A stretch of DNA of 64,000 bases, from NCBI RefSeq assembly GCF_037042905.1, contig NC_087246.1, positions 62,001-126,000 on the forward strand. The letters are read 5' to 3'. The DNA comes from Lytechinus pictus (taxonomy: Eukaryota). A program made the translations under genes and the position numbers. Shown one piece after another: positions 12,209 through 23,889 of the stretch. Numbering within the stretch: the stretch's first letter is position 1; the number at the start of each line of letters is the position of its first letter. Under the pieces are notes generated by a model. It did not search any database. It saw only the letters and a program-made list of their open reading frames with translations, and had not been told where the DNA came from.

Positions 12209-13530
12209 GCTGATACGTTGTCTTTATGTATGGGCCAACAACTCTTCAGTCTATGTATTGGTGAATGGAGCCAACGCGGTTCAGCGGAACAACCAAAATA
12301 CAGAGACTCAAAGCTTTTGGTCCAGCGTTCTATTAGAAACACAACAACTAACTACCGTTAGTTTTTCAAACCTTGACTTCAAAGTCATCGATCACAACAA
12401 GGTAAGAAGCCACTTGGTCCTTCTCCCCCCCCCCCCCCTAAATTTGAGGTGGGGGGACGGACCTCCCCCCCTTATTTATTTTTATTTTTTTGCTTGCTTG
12501 CTTGCTTGTCCAATTTTTTCCTGTCCATCCCAAAATTTAAGGTGGACCCCCCCCCCTCCGCCGCCAATGCCCCAATTCACTGTTCTTGGACACTGTCCCT
12601 GCCCGTGATAAGTTTCAGTATTTGGGAGGATTCCATGGGTCAGATCACCTCTCTAGCCGAGCATGCGTTGATATGTACACAGCATCTGCAATAGGCCTAT
12701 CTGTCTGAAAACCATCCAAATTTGCTGGGTTTTTTCTTTTGCTCTCTCCTACACAAACGATAAGCAATCTAGCACACATTGTGATGGGCATTATTTTTTT
12801 CTTTCCCCCAAAATGGGGGGATTAGATTCAAATTCCTGGGGGGACCAGTTCCATTGACGAATGGATACCAGGCGCGACCGTGGGGTTTCGAAAAGCACCC
12901 TAAACATGGGAAGCAAGCCTTTTCCAGATTATGAAAAATACATCCCTTAATAAGTATTGGAAATTTGACCGAAAATATGTAGCTTTCCTAACGAAATATA
13001 TCCCTTTTTTCAGTATTTTAAATGTCATTTTTGACACCCTTATAACGTAACATATACGTAACGTGCCTACTCTTGAAAAGAAATCCCTTTTTACATGTGG
13101 TCGCGCCTGGTATCCACTCATCAATGGAAGTGGCCACCTTGGGCGGCCCCTCGAGCTCTGGGAGGAACCAAATGTGGTTCTGGAACGTCGTCCTAAATCG
13201 GATATATCTAGATCACAAATCTGGTCATCATGCCCCCCTCCAAGTCCTCAATATATCTCAAAGAGCTTAATACTTTTAGGGTTAAGGAGGTTTCTCATCG
13301 TAAGATATGATTTGTTTGCTAGTCATTAAACCCTTCTAAGATGATTCCGAAATAGTAACCCTTTAAGGGGGCTTGTCATCCTAATAAATAATTTATTGAT
13401 AGTTAACCTTTTAGGCGGTTTATCAACCTAATTCTAAGAGATGATTTGTTACTATTTAACCCTTTTTAAGGAGTTTTATCGTCCTGAGAGGCTTGTCATC
13501 ATTAGATGTGGTTTTTATATCTCCTTGCAG

Positions 13531-13587
13531 GTGTCATAGAAGTGTACAGAGTTGCATGTAGAATAATAACATCCATACAAGCATTAG
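13531..13587 (+). CDS. SYNRG: Synergin gamma exon (GVIEVYRVACRIITSIQAL)
   Basis: ttgcag|GT ... TTAG|gtaagt. Phase 1/1. Matches the conserved GVVEVYRV segment. Confidence 0.92.
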
Positions 13588-15898
13588 GTAAGTATTGATG
13601 AAGAAAGTGTAGTTTAATTTGAATTAGGGTTATTTTACAATCAGGGTACTATCGGTGAATTGCCTTCTGTGCATCATGTGTATACATGTATATTCCAACC
13701 TGTCCTGTCCAACCTTCCTTTATGTTAGTGCAGCATACTAAACCAGAATTTTTTCTTAATCTAATAATTACTTGAGGCAATGGGAATTCAACTTCAATTA
13801 AACTTTCCTACACAAATTCACATAACATACAGACACATTGAATAATAAAAAAAACCATATCGTACCCAAATAACCAAAAGAACATAGCCAGGAGAATTAT
13901 TCATTAAATCATGGAGCAACGCAACCTTACGGAATTTGATGGATATGGTGAGCGCCATCTATCAGTTGCAGCGGAGAGGCCAAATATCGCAACGCCTCAT
14001 TGGAAAAAGTCAGCATGGATATTAATCTCTTGTTATTGTTATTTTATTTCCGCAATGAAATGTATGTTACAACCCGATCCTCCCGTCGATGGCTCTCAAA
14101 CCGCTCAAGATGCTTCTTCGCCGGACATTCATCTATATCCTGTAACCCCTTCTCATTATCAACAATGTAACCTAAACAATCACCCCGTCCCCAGTAGGAA
14201 AAAAGCACAGTCGAATATTGCTCTACTGTCCTTTAATGCCAGAAGTATTAGGCATAAGACTGTCTCCTTGCAATCTTACTTGCAAACTAACCCAACTGAT
14301 GTTATTTCAATAAGTGAAACCTGGCTAGATGATGAATACAATTCTAGTGAGTTAGGATTTCCTGATGACTATTGCATTTTCCGTAATGATAGGAATAACC
14401 AAAGAGGGGGAGGTGTTCTCCTTTCGGCTCGATCTCGTCTCCTTCCAAAGCGTCTACTGGACATTGAGTCTCCGGATATAGAAATGGTTATTTGTGAAAT
14501 AACTCTAAAGAAGAAGGTTAAGTGGATTATTTGCTCAATCTACAGACCACCAAACTCCAAGGCTGAATTTTTTGATAATCTTGAAAGGGTGGTAGATAGT
14601 ATGCTGGCCCAAAGTAGGAAATATCAAGGTATTGTCTTTGTAGGGGACTTTAATGTAAACTGGAAAGATGAGAACTGTAGAAATAGGGATAGACTGCTTC
14701 AGATATTTGAAACAATGAATATGACCCAATGTGTAACCGATATAACTAGACCACAGCTAGATGACCCAAGTAAAGGTTCAATAATTGATCTTGTTTTCGC
14801 TAATCGTCCTGAACTCCTTCAAAGTATTGATGTCACTTCAAACTGTGTCATTAGTGATCACCATGCAATATTGATTAGATTTCATGCTTGTACACCTCAA
14901 TTACCAAAGTCAATTATTCAGAAGTTTTTGTGTTACCAAAAGGGGGACTACGAACATCTTAACAATCTTCTTAGGCTTGCTCCCTGGGACCTATTCATGA
15001 ATGACAATGATGTTAATGAAAGCTGGGAAGGTTTTTTGGACTTATATCAGGTTGCTATTAATGACTGTATACCGCATAAAATCCAAAATAAAAGATTTTG
15101 CCCTTGGATAACCCCAGAAATCAAACGGCTAACTAATAAAGCTAAGAAGCTTTTCACTATTGCCAAATCGCATGTGAATGATGAAGAGGGTGTAAGGAAT
15201 GAATGGTGGGCTAAGTACAAAGCAGTTCACAATCTCGCCAAGCATGAATCTAACAAATCTTATTGGAATTATTTAAATGGGCTTTTCTCCATGCGAGATA
15301 ACAGAAAACGATTCTTTGGATACATGCGCTCGCTGAGACGCAACCCAACTCCACCAATAATTTCTAGTCGTAATGACAGAGTATTGAACAAGCCTGAGGA
15401 GATTGCCAATTGTTTCTCTGATTATTTTGTTTCAGTGTTTAGTCCATGCGATTCTGACAATGTTCCAGAATTACCGAGTGTATGTAGTTTCCCTATTGAT
15501 TCAATGAGTACCCTTGATTTCCCTGCAAGTGAAAGAATGAAGCTTATTGACAACCTATCATTGAACAAATCTCCAGGTATCGATGGGATCACGGCTGTTG
15601 TACTCAAGAAAGTTAAAAAACCGATATCAGTGGTATTACAGCATATGTTCAGAATTTCATTTTCACTAGGTCAACTTCCCATTCAATGGAAACAGTCCAT
15701 TGTCATTCCAGTTCATAAGTCTGGTAATCCCTCTGATTATCATAATTATCGTCCGGTTGCACTCACCTCAATTATTTGTAAGATGATGGAAACTTTTATT
15801 GACAGATCAATAGTGTCACATGTCGATTCATATGGTTTGCTCTCTCCAAAACAACTTGGTTTCACTCCCAAAAGGTCATGTGTTGCCCAATTACTTCA

Positions 15899-16660
15899 CA
15901 TTACGTCAAACCCCCGTTTGAGAATTTACCGCAGTTCAGATTGCAAACTGCGGTATTTCACCCCATTTTGCATTTGAAAATCTAAAACATCATTTCCAAG
16001 CCCAGGGGCCGTTTCATAAAGCTGTTCGTAAGTTAAGAGCGACTTAAAGAGCGACTGGTGATTATCGCCAATGGTGTGTACCATTTACCGCAAGACAGGA
16101 TCACCAGTCGCTCTTAACTTACGAACAGCTTGATGAAACACCCGCCTGATCAACCCTGCTTGCCCAGGTAATCCCCGCTGTCTCAATTTCACCTCCACAG
16201 GCCAGATTATGAGCGTTGAGCCAAGGACGAAATGATAAACAACAGCTGTGCTATTACGTAAGACTTCTCTGCCTGTAGTAGGACCTTCTGAATGAAATTA
16301 TTGTATTCGATATTTAATCACGTTTTCAAAGGCATATTGTATTCAGAAATTCAATGTTAGTCCATTTTTAATTTCGAACGAAGAAAATCGACCTCGAAAT
16401 AAGGAAAGTAAGCGAATAGAAATGACGGCTTGCTTACCGGGTCCGCACTCAGCGCTGCGCATGCATCCCATCGTGTGTGGCCCCCTGCTGTGACTGTATA
16501 TGCCGGGCTGTTGTGTTATCTTCGGACCGAGGTCAAGAAACAGGTGTTTTGATACTTACATTGCATGCTTGGGGCAGTAGGGTTTGTCGTACTTGGAGAA
16601 GAGAATTTATTGCAAGGGAAACTGGGGTATAGTGTTCTCAAATGGAGGTTTTTCGTCATG
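15899..16660. mobile_element. Non-autonomous TIR element (CAT...ATG termini, apparent 1-bp TSD) inserted in the LINE RT
   Basis: Imperfect TIR cattacgtcaaacccccgtttgagaa / ttctcaaatggaggtttttcgtcatg. Inverted copy at 36275-36895. Confidence 0.85.
16003..16148. mobile_element. Small palindromic MITE nested in the CAT...ATG element
   Basis: gtttcataaagctgttcgtaagttaagagcgact ... agtcgctcttaacttacgaacagcttgatgaaac. Absent from the 36275-36895 copy. Confidence 0.8.
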
Positions 16661-17046
16661 ATATCACCCATGACTGGTTAACGTCCCTGGATGTATCGCC
16701 CACTCCTTTAATCGATGCCATTTTCTTTGATTTTAGCAAGGCGTTTGACCGAATGCCGCATAGTCTTCTACTAAATAAATTATCAAAAAACTACAATATC
16801 CAGGGCGATACGTGGAAATGGATTAAATCTTTTGTTTGTGGGAGAGAGCAAACCGTTCAGTTCCGGGGATCACGATCATGCTGGTCAAAAGTTACTTCAG
16901 GAATACCTCAGGGAAGTCTATTAGGGCCAAGATTATTCAATCTGTTCTTTAATGACATCACTCATGTAGTAAAATCGCAATGTGTGCTCTTTGCGGACGA
17001 CACGCTCTTACACCGTATAATACGAAATGAGTCCGATAAACAATTA

Positions 17047-17892
17047 GGGGAAGGCGGGGTATTAAAGTTGTGACACTTTTTACATTTTGCATGTTAGAAT
17101 TGATATGACTAGTAATATTGTAGAGATAAGTACCTTGCCTTTAAATTTTATTCTTGGAAAATATTTTTCACCTATATAAAACTTTCTATCCCCACACTGA
17201 AAATCGTTGTGACCTTTGAAAAAACTGATGTCAAATGGCTCAACTTGCCCCATCTGTGGGGTAAGTTGTGCCACCGTCTGGGGTAAATTGAGCCACAAAA
17301 ACTATGTGCAAAATGTATGCGGGAGAACCAGGATGTCAATTTTTCATTTAAAGTATATTCACTTGCTAATTCTCTATAAATACCAACATCTTCTAAAAGT
17401 AAAAGAACTGTCATGTGAATTTGCTCCTTTCTGCCTGCGTATCAATGGCTTTTTATGTTTTTAAATTTTTTTATTATATATTAATATAAGAGTTACCATG
17501 GCTCAACTTGCCCCATGTTGGTTGGCTTAAATTAGCCCCGTCCGAACTTTTTGTGATATTTTCACATCCACACATTTCTTATGCATCCATCATGTAAAAG
17601 ACTCTGACAAGAGCGAGAATCAATACCTGGACTAACAATATTGTTCTTATTTCTAAAATATATTTAAAGACGTTTGTGGGTAAAAAGCACTTATCTATTT
17701 CACACCCTTTTTTACTTTTTTGGCTGGAATTTGTATTTTTCCCTCTAAAAAACTACTTTTTGTTTCAAAGTTGAAAACAATGTGGTGGGGTTGAGGTTTA
17801 TGCAATGGGTCATCAATAAATGACACCACCACAATGTCTGACTCATTCATTATTAGCCTGGGGGTGGTGGCTCAACTTACCCCGCCTTCCCC
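17047..17892. mobile_element. TA-TSD MITE (Tc1/mariner-pogo type) inserted in the LINE RT
   Basis: TIR ggggaaggcggggt..aagttg / caacttaccccgccttcccc. TA on both sides. Removal restores the LINE frame. Confidence 0.88.
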
Positions 17893-18838
17893 TACTCCAA
17901 GCTGACATTTCATGTGTAATTAACTGGTGTGAATCAAACAAAGTGCAACTTAATGCTACAAAAACTGAAGTTCTTTTAGGATTGCCCCTCCTAAGAAAAA
18001 TGTCGGGCAAACAGAGTACACAATTGATGATACAATGATAGAACAAGTACACTCTGTCAAGTACCTCCGGGTCACCCTAAATTCTAGTGTGACCTGGGAT
18101 GACCAGGTTGATAATTTAATTAAAAGGGCAAATAGAATGCTAGGTCTTATATCGAGATTAGGTAATGGCTTGTCACAACGGGCATTATTCTGTCTGTACA
18201 AATCACTTGTGTTGCCAATCCTGGAATACGGGGTCCCGTCATGGTATGTTTTCACAAGGAAACATACTGAAGCCCTGGAACGAGTTCAGCGAAGGGCAAC
18301 GCGAGTAATCTTGAAACAAAGGCAACAGGAAATGCCTTACCCACAGCGCTTACAGACCCTTTCTTGGTTTACTCTTGAATCCAGAAAGAAGTATCTTATG
18401 ATGTCATTTGTAATCAAAAACCTGTATAACATTGTATCATGTGAGGCGGTCAAGGACAATGTAACGGTACGAGCACGCCAGAGTGAACACACAATCCTAT
18501 TCCACCACATGAAAGCCAGAACCGAACGTTTGCACCAAACTGCAATACATAGATTTCCGATTATATGGGAAAGTATGCCCTCACATATCAAAGATGAAAT
18601 TGTATCTGGAAACATCTCAAAAGTTCTGAACCTCCTACGTCGTGAAATTCTTTCTGTTTTTTTAATAATTAGATGTCTGATTTATAATGATACTTCCTTC
18701 TATGATGCTTAATTTATTATTTTCCTCATTGACCAATTTCAACTGAAGAGCAAGTTTATTCATAATTTATACACTAAATCTAATCCGGCCTATTTCAACC
18801 TCAATATTATGTCATTTGATCACTCTTACATGGTTTTT

Positions 18839-20382
18839 GTCTCACCTGCATAGCAGAGTGAGACTATAGGCGCCGCTTTTCCGACGGCGGCGGCGACGGC
18901 GGCGGCGGCGTCAACACCAAATCTTAACCTGAGGTTAAGTTTTTGAAATGACAGCATAACTTAGAAAGTATATGGACCTAGTTCATGAAACTTGGCCATA
19001 AGGTTAATCAAGTATTACTGAACATCCTGCCTGAGTTTCATGTCACATGACCAAGGTCAAAGGTCATTTAGGGTCAATGAACTTAGACCATGTTGGGGGA
19101 ATCAACATCAAAATCTTAAAGGAGAACGAAACCCTTGAAACTAGCTGAATCCATATCAAAGAGAAAAATCAAAGAAACATATTGTTGAAAGTTTGAGGAA
19201 GATTGAATGAATAATAAGAAAGTTATGAGCATTTGAATATTGAGATCACTAGTGCCATGTAGATCCTCCCATCGGCAATGCGACCAAGATCTGTGATATC
19301 ACACACGTACAACTCCCTCATTACTTTAGTACTTATTTCACTTATATTCTCACTTTTATAGAGTCTATCACAAGGTTAGGTGTTTTCTTTATGAGATGAC
19401 AAGTACAGAGGTTTCACAACATTACATCATTGATGAATCGTTTGTCATATGATTAGAATGAGCAAAAAGAGATGTTTTGGGGTATATTTTCAGTGTCCGA
19501 ATGGGAGAGTTGTACGTGTGTGACATCACAGATCTTGGTCGCATTGCCAATAGGAGGATCTCCATAGCATTAGTGATCTCGACATTCAAATGCTCATAAC
19601 TCTTTTATTGCTAGTCCTATTTTACTCAAAGTTTTGTCGATCTTATTCTTTGATTTTTCTGCTTTCACAAAAGCTAACTTGCTCCAAGAGTTTCATTCTC
19701 CTTTAACCTAAGGTTAAGTTTTTGAAATGTCATCATAACTTAGAAAATATATGGACCTAGTTCATGAAACTTATACATAAGGTTAATCAAGTATCACTGA
19801 ACATCCTGCATGAGTTTCACATCACATGACGAAGGTCAAAGGTCATTTAGGGTCAATGAACTTTGGCCGAATTGGGGGTATCTGTTGAATTACCATCATA
19901 ACTTTGAAAGTTTATGGATCTGATTCATGAAACTTGGACATAATAGTAATCAAGTATTACTGAACATCCTGTGCAAGTTTCAGGTCACATGATCAAGGTC
20001 AAAGGTCATTTAGGGTCAATGAACTTTGGCCAAATTGGGGTATTTGTTGAATTACAGCCATAAATTTGAAAGTGTGTTGGTCTAGTTCATAAAACTTGGA
20101 CATAATAGTAATCAAGTATCACTGAACATCCTGTGCGAGTTTCAGGTCACATGATCAAGGTCAAAGGTCATGTAAGGTCAAAGAACTTTGGCCACGTTGG
20201 GGGTATTTGTTGAATTGCCATCATATCTCTATAAGTGTATTGGTCTAGTTCATAAAACGTGGAAATAAGAGTAACCAAGTATCACTGAACATCTTGTGCG
20301 AGTTATAGTAGTTTTCAAAATCAGCACTGCTGCTATATTGAATCGCGTGATGCAGGTGAGACGGCCAGAGGCATTCCACTTG
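18839..20382 (+). mobile_element. Full-length HINE family A element (contains a Kolobok MITE)
   Basis: 5' gtctcacctgca..gtgagac hairpin, (GGC)n, ~120-bp tandem units, 3' sub-TIR tgcaggtgagac and short terminal segment. T-rich insertion site. Confidence 0.85.
19120..19702 (+). mobile_element. Kolobok-type MITE (TTAA TSD, AGG...CCT), long imperfect TIRs
   Basis: TTAA|aggagaacgaaac ... gtttcattctcct|TTAA. Inverted copy at 59503-60086. Confidence 0.88.
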
Positions 20383-20914
20383 TTTATATTCTTATCGTCT
20401 TATATCCCATTACTTATGATAGATGTATTATATATTTATATTTTTAAATTTACGATTGCTTAAATGTTTGATGCTTATCATTCTAATGCTTGTAGATACA
20501 TAATGATGTGATTGGGGAAGGTATTGTGGGGGTTGGCTTGAAGTGACCAAGTCACATGTATGACCATTGTATTTTGCCGATTCTAAATATCTTCATTTTA
20601 TTTTTACCACTAGTGTTCTGACCTGGATGGGGTTGGGAGGTTTGGGGAGGAGGACCTGTGGGTTATGGCTATTAAGTTAGCCTGTTCCATACCCAGGCAG
20701 CCTCTCCAACTCTCATCCAGGTCTTATTTTCTCTATCATGTACAATTTTGATTGATCTTGTCTCTGATCTGTTTGTATTCTTTGTTTTTTGAAATGCCAA
20801 ATAAAATAATAATAATAATGAAATATGTACAATGTAATACAAGATATGATCCTTTTCATCAAGATTTTTTCTTCCAAGTAATATCATTTTTTAAAGTGTT
20901 TGAAGACATTTTTG

Positions 20915-22445
20915 GCTCGCCTGCATACATGTAGCAGAGCGAGACTATAGGCGCTGCTTTTTCGACAGCGGCGGCTGCGTCGTCAACATTGAAATCTTAA
21001 CCAAGGTTAAGTTTTTGAAATGTCATCATAACTTAGAAATTATATGGACCTAGTTCATGAAACTTAGACATAAGGGTAATCAAGTATTACTGAACATCCT
21101 GCCTGAGTTTCGGGTCACATGACCAAGGTCAAAGGTCCTTTAGGGTCAATGAACCTTGACCATGTTGGGGGAATCAATATCGAAATCTTAACCAAGGTTA
21201 AGTTTTGAAATGTTGTCATAGCTTCCAAAGTATATGGACCTAGTTCATAAAACGTAGACATAAGGGTAATAGTGTATCACTGAAGATCCTGCCTGAGTTT
21301 CAGGTCTCATGATTAAGGTCAAAGGTCACTTACGGTCAACAAACTTTGGCCATGTTAGGGTTATTTGAGGAATTGTCATCATAACTTTAAAAGTTTATAG
21401 ATCTAGTTCATGAAACTTAGACATAAGAGCAACTATGTATCCCTGAATATTATGTGCGAGTTTCAGGTCACATGACCATGGTCAAAGGTCACTTAGGGTC
21501 ACCGAACTTTGGCCATATTGGGGTTATTTGAGGAATTGTCATCATAACTTTGAAATTTTATAGATCTAGTTCATGAAACTTTGACATTAGAGCAACCATG
21601 TATCCCTGAATATCATGTGCGAGTTTTAGGTCACATGACCAAGGTCAAAGGTCACTTAGGGTCACCGAACTTTGGCCATGTTGGGGTTATTTGAGGAATT
21701 GTCATAACTTTGAAATATTATGGATCTAGTTCATGAAACTTGGACATAAGAGCAACCATGTATCCTTGAATATCATGTGCGAGTTTCAGGTCACATGACC
21801 AAGGTCAAAGGTCACTTAGGGTCACCGAACTTTGGCCATGATGGGGTTATTTGAGGAATTGTCATCATAACTTTAAAATTTTATGGATCTAGTTCATGAA
21901 ACATGGACCTAAGAGCAATCAAGTATCCTTGAACATCCTGTGCGAGTTTCAGGTCACATGAACAAGGTCAAAGGTCATTTAGGGTCAACAAACTTTGGTA
22001 ATGTTGGGGGTATTTGTAGAATTGTCATCATAACTTTAAAAGTCTATGGATCTAGTTCATGAAACTTGGACATATGAGCAGCAGTGTATCCCTGAATACC
22101 CTTTATGCATTTCAGGAACATGGCCAAGATCAAAGGTCATTTAAAGGTCAATGAACTCTGGCCGTGTTGGGAGTATGTGTTGAATTGGCATCATAACTAA
22201 GGAAGTTTATGGATCTAGCTCATGAAACATCGACATAGGGATAATCAAGTATGAATGATTGTTTTGCACATGTCTTAGGTCACACGATCATGGTCAAAGG
22301 TCATTTTGGGTCAATGGGCATAATATTTTATTATCATATTAGTGTTTTCTTCTGTGAATGATATTCATTAGCTATTTTCAAAGGAAGCACTGCTGCTTTA
22401 TCGCATTGCGTAATGCAGGCGAGACTGCCAGAGGCGTTCCCCTTG
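20915..22445 (+). mobile_element. Full-length HINE family A element with expanded tandem array
   Basis: Same termini as 18839-20382, with more ~120-bp units. Confidence 0.85.
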
Positions 22446-23121
22446 TAAAGAATAGACCCTACATTAGAAAGAAGAACAATAGCTGATGAAATTTATCGCA
22501 TGATCATCATCATTGGCAAATACGCTATGATGACTGAAGTCTGTGAAGAGCATTTTCAAACAAAAGAAACTGATGAAAAGTGGGATTGCATTTTTTTTTT
22601 GTTACAGAATCTCCATTGTAATATCATGATAGGCTATTTTTCTTGATCTTTTTAAAGCTTATTCGATATTTTAGAAATTAAATTAGTAAATATATATTAA
22701 CTACTTGCTGTCATTTCATGTTTAAAATGTAATGATAAGGAAATTTTTGTAGGCCTATATAATAATAAATTACATTCCTTTACCCTTTCCTAGACCAGAT
22801 TTTAAACTTGTAGGATGTGCAAATATTCATAACTAAATCTTAAGTTAAATCTAGATCACTACGCACAAATCCCCTAAAAACACTCGCGCCTAACGGCGCC
22901 CTAACAGTGCTTTCTGAGCCTTCTGAGCGGTCATTCTACCCATGTTATTAGGAGCTGATTTGTTGATGAATAATGATATACAGATTGTGATGTCAAGCGT
23001 TGATCCCAGATGTAAATAATGCATTACTTTGACATTAGCCATCATGGCGCAGTGTTAGCAGCGTTTCTGTGCGGCCGATACAGGTCTACGCAACCAGGAA
23101 TGAGGGCGTGCACCATCTTTT

Positions 23122-23492
23122 TATACGCCCGTCCTATGGGACGTATTATGGTATCACGCTCGGTGTCCGTCTGTCCGTTTACTTTTCCTTGTAAACGCTA
23201 TAACTGCTATTGATTTTGAGGTCAAAAGGTCAAACGTCAAGGTCACAGTGACCTGTTTTCATCTTACCCTTCTGCGGTCCTTGTAAACGCGATAACTTCA
23301 GTTTGACTTAACCTAGGCTCATATAATTTTGGTGTCTATGATACTAGCAAAGATCCCAGGAATTCTATTGAATTTGAGGTCAGAAGGTTAAAGGTGAAGT
23401 CGCAACCTTCAACTTTTCTTGCTTGACCAATAACTAAATTTTCCGCGTTACAGGCGGGCGTATTATGTGCTTGCCTTAGAGACACTCTTGTT
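23122..23492 (+). mobile_element. DINE-1/HINE-like element, family C
   Basis: ttatacgcccgtc...gggacgtatt, gtccgtctgtcc microsatellite and 3' sub-TIR gcgggcgtatt. Confidence 0.75.
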
Positions 23493-23889
23493 AGAGGAAG
23501 GATGTGGCTGCCCAACCCCAGCCTTTGGGCTAGCTAGTGTCCACACTTGACAACATAAATTCTTTGCAAGGTTTTTCCCTGTTCTGCTATTCTTTCTGAC
23601 AGTAACTGTAGGCGACTGCTGTGTCATCAACATTGAAATCTTAACCAAGGTTAAGTTTTTGATGTCATCATAACTTAGAAAGTATATGAACCTACAGTAG
23701 GTCATGAAACATGAGCTTCAGGGAAGTGAAGTACACTGAACATCTTGCATGAGTTTCAGGTCACATAACTAAGGTCAGAGGTCATTGAGGTCAGTGAACT
23801 TTTACCATGTCTCGGTTATCAACGTTGAAATCTAAACCAAGGTTAAGTTATTGAAATGTCTCGCAACTTTGAAAGTTTACGGATCTATA

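Larger units (their letters stand above)
13911..18712 (+). pseudogene. LINE ORF2 in three pieces: 13911-15898, 16662-17046, 17895-18712
   Basis: Removing the two inserts restores QLLHITHDW and DKQLLQADI in frame. One frameshift remains in the T-run at ~17974-17977. Confidence 0.88.
13880..20819 (+). mobile_element. CR1/L2-group non-LTR retrotransposon (APE endonuclease + RT), with nested insertions
   Basis: EN motifs SETWL, GGGV, YRPP, GDFN, SDH. RT motifs DFSKAFD, GIPQGSLLGP, FADD, LERVQRRATR. Probable 3' tail aataaa(ata)n near 20800-20819. Outer limits approximate. Confidence 0.9.

Noticed and set aside
11544..12694. 100-147-aa ORFs in a SYNRG intron
   Set aside because: They span repeat fragments and poly-C runs and show no recognisable domain.
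13911..14100. 2A-like ribosome-skipping motif at the LINE ORF2 N-terminus
   Set aside because: There is no D(V/I)ExNPGP. MLQPDPP is not a match.
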